A model generated the notes under the pieces. It did not search any database, was not told where the DNA came from, and saw only the letters and a list, made by a program, of their open reading frames with translations. Position numbers and translations under genes: made by a program. This document shows positions 1-10,477 of a stretch of DNA of 64,000 nt, one piece after another; the first letter of the stretch is position 1, and each line of letters begins with the position of its first letter. Source of the DNA: Phyllobates terribilis (taxonomy: Eukaryota); contig NW_027362768.1 of NCBI RefSeq assembly GCF_046119375.1, positions 327,980,001-328,044,000 of the forward strand. Direction: 5' to 3'.

Positions 1-3000
1 TAGCAAGGATGAGAGGGGCATGGATGTTCTCCCGGGGCTCCCACGTTCTCTCTTCAGGACCAAACCCCTTCCAATCTACTAGAAAAAAGGTCTTTCCTCT
101 TACCCTTTTTGTGGCCAGAATGTTCTCTACCTCAAACTCGTTTTCAGCGGAAACCGGAGCAGGAGGCGTACCTGTAGACTTGGAAAAAGAGTTAAGTACC
201 ACGGGTTTGAGGAGAGATACATGGAAGGAGTTAGGGATCCGCAAGTTGGCCGGGAGTTTCAATTTATAGGCCACCGGGTTGATCTGACTAATGACCTCCA
301 GAGGACCGATGAACCGAGGCCCTAACTTATAGGAAGGAATCTTGAGCCGAACATACTTGGACGAGAGCCAGACCTTATCCCCTGGACGGAATTGAGGAGG
401 ATCCAGACGTTTTTTGTCAGCATGTCTTTTCATACGCTCGGACGACTGAAGGAGTGCGGACCGGGTACTCTCCCACATGGAGGAAAATTTGTTAACAAGA
501 GATTCCACAGCCGGATTATCCACCGAGGTGGAGACGGGAAATGGGATCCGAGGATGCTGACCGAAGACTACAAAAAACGGGGATTTGGAGGAAGATTCGC
601 TCTCGTGATTGTTGTAAGAGAATTCGGCCCATGGCAGGAGATCCACCCAGTCAGAATGGTGGGCATTAACGAAGTGCCGGAGGTAACTGGTCAGGATCTG
701 ATTGATCCGCTCCACTTGACCATTAGACTGTGGGTGGTAAGCGGAGGAGAAGTCCAGGGTGACGTCTAGCAATTTACAAGTGGCTCTCCAGAAACGTGAG
801 GTAAACTGTACCCCACGATCCGACACGATGTGGAGGGGCAGGCAATGAAGACGGAAGATGTGGCGGATAAAGTCTTTAGCCAGCTCGGGTGCAGACGGGA
901 GGCCTGGCAGGGGAATAAAGTGAGCCATCTTGGAAAAGCGGTCAGCGACCACCCAAATGACCGTACAACCGGCAGAGACGGGGAGATCAGTTATGAAGTC
1001 CATAGCAATATGCTGCCAGGGGGCAGCAGGCACAGGAAGCGGAAGGAGGCGACCGGCTGGCAGGTGTCTCGGGACTTTGTTGCGGGCGCAGGACACACAG
1101 GCAGAAACAAAGTCTATTACGTCCTTGTGCAGGGTAGGCCACCAGTAGTGCCGGGTAATAAGCTGGAGGGTCTTTTTCTGACCGGCGTGGCCAGCTAGTT
1201 TAGACGAATGGCCCCAGTGTAGGATCTTCTCCCGATCAGGTACTGAAACGAACGTCTTACCGGGAGGGAGACGATTTAGACTCACGGGAGCCACCTGCAT
1301 TACTCTGGCGGGATCGATGATATGTTTAGGTTCTTCCTCGAGATCGGACACCAGAAAGGATCGGGACAAGGCGTCTGCTTTGATGTTTTTGTCAGCCGGG
1401 CAAAAATGAAGAACAAAATCAAAGCGAGCAAAAAACAAGGACCACCGGGCTTGGCGCGGGTTAAGTCTCTGGGCATGCTGGAGGTAAGCCAAGTCCTTGT
1501 GGTCAGTGTAAATTATTACCGGGTGAAGAGCCCCCTCGAGTAGGTAACGCCACTCCTCCAATGCCAGCTTGATGGCCAATAACTCTCAGTCTCCTATGGA
1601 ATAGTTGCGCTCAGAAGAGGAGAAGAGTTTGGAGAAGAAGCCACAAGTTACCATTCTCCCGGAAGACGATTTTTGGGTAAGTACCGCTCCGGCTCCAGAG
1701 GAGGAGGCATCAACTTCCAGGAAGAACTGCTTGTTGCTGTCCGGGCGATGCAGCACCGGGGCGGAAGAGAAGGCCTGTTTTAAGGAAAGAAAGGCCTCCT
1801 CTGCTTCGGGCGGCCATTCTCTGGGATTAGTGCCCTTACGGGTGAGCGCAGAAATTGGGGCAGTGCGGGAAGAGAAGTGCGGTATGAAGAGGCGGTAGTA
1901 GTTGGCGAAGCCCAGGAACCGCTGAATAGCCTTCAACCCCTCCGGTCGAGGCCATTTCTCGATGGCAGACAGTTTCTCTGGATCCATTCGGAGGCCGGTC
2001 TGAGAAATAATGTAGCCCAAAAACGGAAGCGAGGTCTGCTCAAAGAGGCACTTCTCATATTTAGCGAAGAGGTGATTCTGCCTGAGCCTGAGCAGGACCT
2101 GACGAACATCCCTCCGGTGAGTCTGGAGATCCGGAGAGAAGACCAAGATGTCGTCCAGGTACACCACTACGCAGGAGTAGAGAAGGTCCCGGAAGATGTC
2201 ATTGACCAACTCTTGAAAGACGACAGGAGCATTACAGAGACCAAAGGGCATTACCAGATATTCATAGTGGCCGTCCCGGGTGTTGAATGCAGTCTTCCAT
2301 TCATCCCCCTGACGGATACGGACCAGGTTGTACGCCCCACGGAGGTCCAGTTTGGTGAAGATTCTAGCCCCCCTCAGACGATCAAATAACTCCGGAATGA
2401 GCGGAAGGGGGTACTTATTCTTCACCGTGATCTGGTTAAGGCCTCTATAGTCTATACAGGGACGGAGAGAGCCGTCCTTCTTTTTAACGAAAAAGAAGCC
2501 TGCTCCCGCCGGGGAGGTAGATTTCCGGATGAATCCCCGGGCCAGATTCTCCTCAATATATTCGGACATCGACCGGGTCTCAGCAGCGGACAATGGGTAA
2601 ATACGCCCACGGGAGTAACAGGTCGATAGGACAGTCGTATGGTCTATGAGGGGGTAATGTCTCTGCCTCCTTTTTATTAAAGACATCAGCAAATGACCAA
2701 TAAGGAATCGGAAGTCCAGGTAGATTAGTTGGGGTAGGAGAAGGACGGACGGGATGAACGGGAACCAAACAAGTCTTATGGCAGTCCTGTCCCCAACGAA
2801 GGACTTCTCCGGTCTTCCAGTCAATCACGGGTGCATGTTTCTGGAGCCAAGGTAGGCCTAGTAAGAGGGCGTGAGAGAGTCCAGGCAGAACATGAAAAGA
2901 GATGCTCTCAGAATGCAGCATTCCCACCTGCAGAGTAATGGATTCGGTGATGAGTTGGATGGGACGTGGTAAGAGGCCCCCATCCACGGCAGTGACAGAT

Positions 3001-3209
3001 AGGGGTACAGCCAGAGGTTTGGTGGGAATGCGGTGTTTTTCTACCAGAGACTGTGAAATAAGATTCCCGGCTGCTCCAGAGTCAAGTTGGGCTAGTTCGA
3101 AAAAACGGTTCTCCCCGCAGATAATTGAGACTGACAGCAGCAGAGATGGAGAGGATTTATTCTTGTCTAGGTCGACCTCTCTGAGCGAACCTAGACACAG
3201 GCGTTTCCC
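1..3209 (-). pseudogene. pol: pol (protease-RT-RNaseH-integrase-chromodomain), disrupted
   Basis: -1 frame from the GGGAAAC slip site reads GKRLCLGSL...AQLDSGAAGN. A frameshifting deletion near 2615 removes the PGxxPP linker before RGRIYPLS; in-frame TGA at 1588-1586 (CGA expected). Beyond it the frame reads open to position 1 (ELLAIKLALEEW...FEVENILATKRVRGKTFFLVDWKGFGPEERTWEP); that part is absent from the ORF track. Confidence 0.93.
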
Positions 3210-4139
3210 GACCTCTCCGGGCAGGTACGGATCCGGTGCTCCTTGCTGCCACAGTAGAAGCAGCTCCCCTCGGCACGGCGTAAGTTCTGACGGGTTTTGA
3301 CCATCTTGGTCTGGTCGACCTGCATAGGCTCAGGAGAGTGTACCTGGGGAGAAACGGAGGGAGTGACGGGTTTCTGGAAGGTAGGAGCTAGACATGGAAA
3401 CCTCCTCTCACGGGTGACCTCTTTGGCATGCTCCTGGAACCGTAGGTCAATCCGGGTGGCAAGAGTTATTAAGTCGAGAGTGGTAGGAATGTCCCGACCG
3501 GCGAGTTCATCTTTAATACGGCCGGACAGACCCTCCCAGAAGACAGACACCAGAGCGTCGTTATCCCAGGCCAGCTCCGAGGCAAGGGTACGGAACAATA
3601 TGGCATATTGGCCCACGGTGAGACTTCCCTGACGGAGGCGTAGCAGAGACGATGCGGATGAGGTCTTCCGTCCGGGTTCGTCGAAGACTTTCCGGAAAGC
3701 CGTGAGAAAGGCAGGCAAGTCGGACACCAGGGGGTCTCCTCTCTCCCATAGAGGATTTAGCCAAGCCAGTGCCTCCCCCCGTGAGATGGGACATGATGAA
3801 GGCTACTTTAGCCCGGTTGGAGTTAAACTGGTGGGACAGGAGTTCAAAGTGCAGGGTGCACTAGTTTATGAAGCCCCGAGCCAGAGCGGAGTCGCCTCCG
3901 AGGCGAGGAGGTGCAGAAAGCCGGGATCCGGAGCAGGATACCATGGTATTGGTGGGCAGCGGAGCTGCTGGGTTGCGAGTCAAGACACTAGCGGTGGTTG
4001 CTGGTGGAGCAGTCAGAGTGTCCAGGCGAGAATTGACATTCCGCAGGTGACTCAGGATGGACTCCTGTTGGGACCTCTGACGGAACAGTTCAAGACAAAG
4101 GTCCGAGAGCGAGGGAGCTTGGGTGCCACCGGGTTCCAT
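3191..4139 (-). pseudogene. gag: gag (retrotransposon gag domain + CCHC zinc knuckle), disrupted
   Basis: MEPGGTQAPS...RGFIN, then premature TAG at 3863-3861 (CAG expected). An extra G in the G6 run near 3775-3780 shifts the frame; it resumes as ...SDLPAFLTAFRKVFDEPG...CFYCGSKEHRIRTC..GNACV* (3191). Confidence 0.9.
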
Positions 4140-4239
4140 GGCCCGAGCAAACTGTAACGGGTCTGGGAGGCGGAACCTCTGAGCAACTTATACAAGGGGG
4201 CGGTCCTTGTAAGGAAGCGGGTGGCGACCAGGGAAGACA

Positions 4240-4417
4240 GGCAGGTAGTCACAGCAGGTGACCGGGACAGTCTCTGGGTAAACGGGCAGGAGGTCACGGC
4301 AAGTGACCGGGACAGTCTCTGGGTAAACGGGCAGGAGGTCACAGCAAGTGACAGGGGCAGTCTCTGGGTGAACGGGCAGGAGGTCACGGCAAGTGACCGG
4401 GACAGTCTCTGGGTAAA
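4240..4417. repeat. 45-bp tandem repeat (~4 copies) inside the LTR
   Basis: Unit gggcaggaggtcacggcaagtgaccgggacagtctctgggtaaac; 15-aa periodicity in the ORF track. Confidence 0.9.
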
Positions 4418-4431
4418 GGATAGGTACGACC

Positions 4432-4798
4432 TGTGACGGCTGAGCCTCCAGGTAGGCTAGCAGGCAGATGGCAGATGTGTGCTCCCAGGTGAGCAGGCGA
4501 GAGTCTCTGGATAAGCAGGTGGTCACAGCATGTGACGGCGGAGCCTCCAGGTAGGCTAACAGGCAGGTAGCAGATGAGCGCTCCCAGGTGAGCGGGCAAG
4601 AGTCTCTGGACTGGCAGGTGGTCACAGCATGTGACGGCGGAGCCTCCAGGTAGGCTAACAGGCAGGTAGCAGATGAGCGCTCCCAGGTGAGCGGGCAAGA
4701 GTCTCTGGACTGGCAGGTGGTCACAGCACGTGACGGCGGAGCCTCCAGGTAGGCTAACAGGCAGGTAGCAGATGAGCGCTCCCAGGTGAGCAGGCAAG
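4432..4798. repeat. 99-bp tandem repeat (~3.6 copies) inside the LTR
   Basis: Repeated gtgacggcggagcctccaggtaggctaacaggcagg... blocks; 33-aa periodicity. Confidence 0.9.
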
Positions 4799-5224
4799 CT
4801 GGTCCATAGACAGACTGACAGATGTCGGAAGGCAGACCATCGGACCTCAGGCTAGCAAGCAGGTAAGCGGATAACAGGCAGGAATCAGACAGCAAACTGG
4901 CAGGTAACTGGCAGGTAGCTGGAAACGGGACCTGAGGGCTGAAGCAGAGTAGTGAACAGTGCAACAACATTGCTTGGGCACCTCCATTTTGGAGGAGGTG
5001 CCTTATATATGGTGAAGTCCTCCGGCCATTGGCCGGGGACTCCTTAGGACGGCGCCCGCGCCCTAAGCACCGTGGCCGGGAAGGAGCGCGCACTGCCAGC
5101 AGAGCGGGAGGAGGACGCCGGGCTCGGAGCGGAGAGGTGAGGGGAACAGCGTCCCTGCCTAGCAGAGGGCAGGGACGATGACGCTACATAATGTCTGTAT
5201 ATGTTTGTGTGTGTGCGTGACTGC

Positions 5225-6500
5225 GTGCGGCCTCCTGCTGAGTATAGATGGTGCCATGCAGCCTCCTGCTGTCTCAGGGGGGGGCGCCGTACGGCCTCCC
5301 GCTGTGTATAGATGGTGCCATGCGGCCTCCTGCTGTGTATAGATGGCTACGTGCGGCCTCCTGCTGTGTATAGATGGCTACGTGCGGCCTCCTGCTGTGT
5401 ATAGATGGCTACGTGCGGCCTCCTGCTGTGTATAGATGGCGCCGTGCGGCCTCCTGCTGTGGATAGATGGCGCTGTGTGGCCTCCTGCTGTGGATAGATG
5501 GCTACGTGCGGCCTCCTGCTGTGGATAGATGGCTACGTGCGGCCTCCTGCTGTGGATAGATGGCTACGTGCGGCCTCCTGCTGTGGATAGATGGCTACGT
5601 GCGGCCTCCTGCTGTGGATAGATGGCTACGTGCGGCCTCCTGCTGTGGATAGATGGCTACGTGCGGCCTCCTGCTGTGTATAGTTAGCTACGTGCGGCCT
5701 CCTGCTGTGTATTGATGGCTACGTGCAGCCTCCTGCTGTGTATAGATGGATACGTGCGGCCTCCTGCTGTGTATAGATGGCGCCGTGCGGCCTCCTGCTG
5801 TGTATAGATGGCGCCGTGCGGCCTCCTGCTGTGTATAGATGGTGCCGTGCGGCCTCCTGCTGTGTATAGATGGCTACGTGCGGCCTCCTGCTGTGTATAG
5901 ATGGCTACGTGCGGCCTCCTGCTGTGTATAGATGGCGCCGTGCGGCCTCCTGCTGTGGATAGATGGCTACGTGCGGCCTCCTGCTGTGGATAGATGGCTA
6001 CGTGCGGCCTCCTGCTGTGGATAGATGGCTACATGCGGCCTCCTGCTGTGGATAGATGGCGCCGTGCGGCCTCCTGCTGTGGATAGATGGCGCGTGCGGC
6101 CTCCTGCTGTGGATAGATGGCTACGTGTGGCCTCTTGCTGTGTATTGATGGGTATGTGCGGCCTCTTGCTGTGTATTGATGGGTACGTGCGGCCTCCTGC
6201 TGTGTATAGATGGCTACGTGCGGCCTCCTGCTGTGTATAGATGGCTACGTGCGGCCTCCTGCTGTGTATAGATGCTAACGTGCGGCCTCCTGCTGTGTAT
6301 AGATGGCTACTTGCGGCCTCCTGCTGTGTATAGATGGCTACGTGTGGCCTCCTGCTGTGTATAGATGGCTACGTGTGGCCTCCTGCTGGGTATAGATGGC
6401 TACGTGCGGCCTCCTGCTGGGTATAGATGGCGCCGTGTGGCCTCCCGCTGTGTATAGATGGCGCCGTGTGGCCTCCCGCCGTGTATAGATGGCTACGTGT
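5225..6500. repeat. 31-bp minisatellite (~40 copies)
   Basis: Unit gtgcggcctcctgctgtgtatagatggctac; unit starts at 5351 and 5382. Confidence 0.95.
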
Positions 6501-6530
6501 GCTCCATATTGAGTCATACAATTAATGTAA

Positions 6531-7380
6531 GGCTATGTGCCCACGATGCAGAAATGCTCCGGATTTTTTTTGAGCGTTTCTGCATCTCCCTGGCAGAAAA
6601 AACACATGCGGATTGTACATGCGGATTGTACATGCGTATTGTACATGCGTTTTTCCTGCCAGGGACATGCGGATGTGAAGCGTTCTTCACATGCATTTCT
6701 GCATGTGGGTTGACAAGCGCTTTCCAAGCGATTTTAGCATCACTTAGAAAGTGCTTGACAACTTGGTCACACTATGTAAATCCATGCAAACGGCATGGAT
6801 TTATATAGTGTGACCGTAAAAGAATGGTAAAAAATAAATATATAATTACCTTCTGATGGCCTGCCGACGTCAGCGATCGCGTGACCCGTCACATGACTAA
6901 ATGACGTCACGGCAGGTCCTTTTCAGACCATCACGAGCTGCCGGCAAGCCAGGACGCATCGGATAAAGACACCGGGGGCCATCAGAAGGTACAGTAGGTA
7001 TAATATTTATTTTTTATTTTATTCTTTTTTTACTGGTTCTATGGTACCCGGGTCCTGAGGAGAGTCTCCTCTTCTCCAGAGGTACCATCCGTACCTTGAA
7101 ACGCATGGATTCTGCATGTACAGATGCAGTGATGCGGATTCCAAGCGTTCCAATGCAAGTCAATGGCGGCGAAAACGCAGAGCTTCTGCAAAATAATTGG
7201 TAGTGCTGCGGATTTTTCCGCAATGATAATCCGCAGCGGAAATTTCCGCAGCATGTGCACAGCACATGCGGATTATCATTGGGGAACATGGCAGGCCTTC
7301 TACCAAGCGTTTTTTAAGCGTTTCTGCAGCGGAATTGCCGCTGCGGAAACGCTTAAAAACCGCATAGTGGGCACACAGCC
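6531..7380. mobile_element. Non-autonomous PIF/Harbinger-type DNA transposon (850 bp)
   Basis: TIRs ggctatgtgcccac / gtgggcacacagcc, TAA on both flanks, internal palindromes; a related inverted copy lies at 48034-48892. Confidence 0.8.
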
Positions 7381-7566
7381 TAAAAAAAATTATTATAATT
7401 AATATTGTGCCAAATTAATTTCACGTGAACTATCACAGGGGATCATGTGACATGTCACGTGATAAATCAGGTGTGTGTGTGCGGGGGGGGCCCGCGCCTT
7501 CTAAACTGCCCGGGGCCCTTGCTACTCTTAATCCACCCCTGTGTGTGGGGTATCTGCTGCGGGGTC

Positions 7567-9628
7567 AGCATACTGTGTGTGTGTAGGGGATGTGCTGTGG
7601 GGACATCATACTGTGTGTGTGTAGGGGATGTGCTGTGGGGACATCATACTGTGTGTGTGTAGGGGGATGTGCTGTGGGGACATCATACTGTATGTGTGTA
7701 GGGGATGTGCTGTGGGGACATCATACTGTGTGTGGGGGATGTGCTGTGGGGACATCATACTGTATGTGTGTAGGGGATGTGCTGTGGGGACATCATACTG
7801 TGTGTGTGTAGGGGATGTGCTGTGGGGACATCATACTGTGTGTGGGGGATGTGCTGTGGGGACATCATACTGTATGTGTGTAGGGGATGTGCTGTGGGGA
7901 CATCTTACTGTGTGTGGGGGATGTGCTGTGGGGACATCATACTGTGTGTGTGGGGTATGTGCTGTGGGGACATCTTACTGTGTGTGGGGGATGTGCTGTG
8001 AGGACATCTAACTGCGTGTGGTGGATGTGCTGTGAGGACATCTTACTGTGTGTGGGGGATGTGTTATGGGGACATCTTACTGTATGTGGGGGATGTGCTG
8101 TGGGGACATCTTACTGTGTGTGGGGGATGTGCTGTGAGGACATCTTACTGTGTGTGGGGGGTGAGCTGTGGGGACATCTTACTGTGTGTGGGGGATGTGT
8201 TGTGGGGACATCATACTGTGTGTGTGTGGGATGTGCTGTGGGGACATCTTACTGTGTGTAGGGGATGTGCTGTGGGGACCTCATACTGTGTGTGGGGGAT
8301 GTGCTGTGGGGATATCTTACTGTGTGTGGGGGATGTGCTGTGGGGACATCTTACTGTATGTGGGGGATGTGCTGTGGGGACATCTTACTGTGTGTGGGGA
8401 GATGTACTGTGGGGACCTCATACTGTGTGTGGGGACATCATACTGTGTGTGGGGGATGTGCTGTGGGGACATCATACTGTGTGTGGGGGATGTGCTGTGG
8501 GGACATCATACTGTGTGTGGGGGATGTGCTGTGGGGACATCATACTGTGTGTGGGGGATGTGCTGTGGGGACATCATACTGTGTGTGGGGGATGTGCTGT
8601 GGGGACATCATACTGTGTGTGGGGGATGTGCTGTGGGGACATCATACTGTGTGTGGGGGATGTGCTGTGGGGACATCATACTGTGTGTGGGGGATGTGCT
8701 GTGGGGACATCATACTGTGTGTGGGGGATGTGCTGTGGGGACATCTTACTGTGTGTGGGGAGATGTGCTGTGGGGACCTCATACTGTGTGTGGGGACATC
8801 ATACTGTGTGTGGGGGATGTGCTGTGGGGACATCATACTGTGTGTGGGGGATGTGCTGTGGGGACATCATACTGTGTGTGGGGGATGTGCTGTGGGGACA
8901 TCATACTGTGTGTGGGGGATGTGCTGTGGGGACATCATACTGTGTGTGGGTGATGTGCTGTGGGGACATCATACTGTGTGTGGGGGATGTGCTGTGGGGA
9001 CATCATACTGTGTGTGGGGGATGTGCTGTGGGGACATCTTACTGTGTGTGGGGAGATGTGCTGTGGGGACCTCATACTGTGTGTGGGGGATGTGCTGTGG
9101 GGACATCATACTGTGTGTGGGGGATGTGCTGTGGGGACATCTTACTGTGTGTGGGGAGATGTGCTGTGGGGACCTCATACTGTGTGTGGGGACATCATAC
9201 TGTGTGTGGGGGATGTGCTGTGGGGACATCATACTGTGTGTGGGGGATGTGCTGTGGGGACATCATACTGTGTGTGGGGGATGTGCTGTGGGGACATCAT
9301 ACTGTGTGTGGGGGATGTGCTGTGGGGACATCATACTGTGTGTGGGGGATGTGCTGTGGGGACATCATACTGTGTGTGGGGGATGTGCTGTGGGGACATC
9401 ATACTGTGTGTGGGGGATGTGCTGTGGGGACATCATACTGTGTGTGGGGGATGTGCTGTGGGGACATCTTACTGTGTGTGGGGAGATGTGCTGTGGGGAC
9501 CTCATACTGTGTGTGGGGGATGTGCTGTGGGGACCTCATACTGTGTGTGGGGGATGTGCTGTGGGGACCTCATACTGTGTGTGGGGGATGTGCTGTGGGG
9601 ACATCATACTGTGTGTGGGGGATGTACT
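7567..9628. repeat. 34-bp G-rich minisatellite (~60 copies)
   Basis: Unit gggggatgtgctgtggggacatcatactgtgtgt; unit starts at 8461 and 8495. Confidence 0.96.
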
Positions 9629-10099
9629 ATGATGCCACCTTTGTGAGGGCCACTGTTCGGACCATGAAAGGGCACCTGTACTGTGTGGGAACATAATGGG
9701 CTTTACTAGGATCTATATTTTGGTGTGGTCATATATAAAGGACCCAGCACGGTTAAGGAAGTGGCTTACCGTAAAATAAAAACTGCTGTGGCACAGTATG
9801 TGCGCCACATTATCTTTCTTGTCTTCCATACTTTGGAGGGCTGTACTGTGTATTAGCTATGAGGAAGCTCAACTAGAAGGGGGGAATTTTTACTGCATTT
9901 TGGGCTTTTTGCTTTGGAGTAATTTCAGGAGGCCAATATTTACCAATTTGTAAATAATAATGTAAAATTTGCATAAATTGGCAAAGCTAGGAAACCTTGT
10001 CCGCTGTCCTAAAGTGATATACATCCGTTTCTCTATCAACCTACAATACATATAGTTATTGATACATGATAAATCCACATATTAGACGCTGAGAGGAAG

Positions 10100-10477
10100 A
10101 AAGAAATATGCGCTGCGCAGCCCGAATATTCCGCAATTTGTTCTCTCTCGTTATGACTTCCGCTACTTACTCTATTTGTCCACTAGAGGGCAGCATACTA
10201 CAGTCTTTGGCAACTGTGTTTAGGAACGGTAAGAATAATGTTACAGTTCCCGGGGGAAGAGTTACAGAGCGCACAGGAGACTATAGAAGAAAGAGGCTCA
10301 GCTGTTACTTGTGATGTCTCCACATTAGGCGCCATTTTGGCTGAGCCAAATCATTACTCGTCTATGCGTTTTGGTCTTCTTAAATATGGCCGCCTACCTA
10401 AAATATTGCTATATCGTCTTATAGGGAAACACGAGGTTGCAGAATCTTGTGGGGTTCATTGCTCTGGGAATATGCCG
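10100..10477 (+). promoter_or_regulatory. RPP14: Putative RPP14/HTD2 promoter and non-coding exon 1
   Basis: Cluster of housekeeping motifs: NRF1-like tgcgctgcgca (~10109), ETS acttccg (~10156), CTCF-like CCACTAGAGGGCAG (10180-10193), YY1-like cgccatttt (~10330) and aaatatggccgcc (~10382), ending at a donor ccg|gtgagt (10477/10478). TSS not determinable from sequence. Confidence 0.55.

Larger units (their letters stand above)
1..5188 (-). mobile_element. Ty3/Gypsy chromovirus LTR retrotransposon (Tf1/sushi-like), inactivated, truncated by the window edge
   Basis: Order on - strand: LTR, gag with CCHC knuckle (CFYCGSKEHRIRTC), aspartic protease (LDSGA), RT (YLDD), RNase H (VDASS...NYSIGD), integrase (HHCC; MDFITDLP / SDRGVQF / SNGQVERINQ), chromodomain. 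Confidence 0.97.
4153..5188 (-). repeat. 5' LTR (~1036 bp) of the gypsy element
   Basis: On - strand begins TGTAGCG (5188) and ends CGTTACA (4153), a 6/7 terminal inverted repeat. CCAAT at 5032-5028 and TATATAA at 5009-5003; gag ATG starts 14 nt past the LTR end. The partner LTR is outside the window. Confidence 0.8.

Noticed and set aside
4188-5093. 301-aa ORF upstream of gag (possible extra or env-like gene)
   Set aside because: Lies entirely within the LTR and is mostly the 99-bp and 45-bp repeats; no recognisable domain.
5225-9628. CRISPR-like appearance of 23-45-bp repeat arrays
   Set aside because: Head-to-tail units with no unique spacers, no cas genes, and a vertebrate context.
7590-9696. 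Long Cys/Gly/Val-rich ORFs (up to 554 aa)
   Set aside because: Pure translation of the 34-bp minisatellite, open in several frames; no splice or codon evidence.
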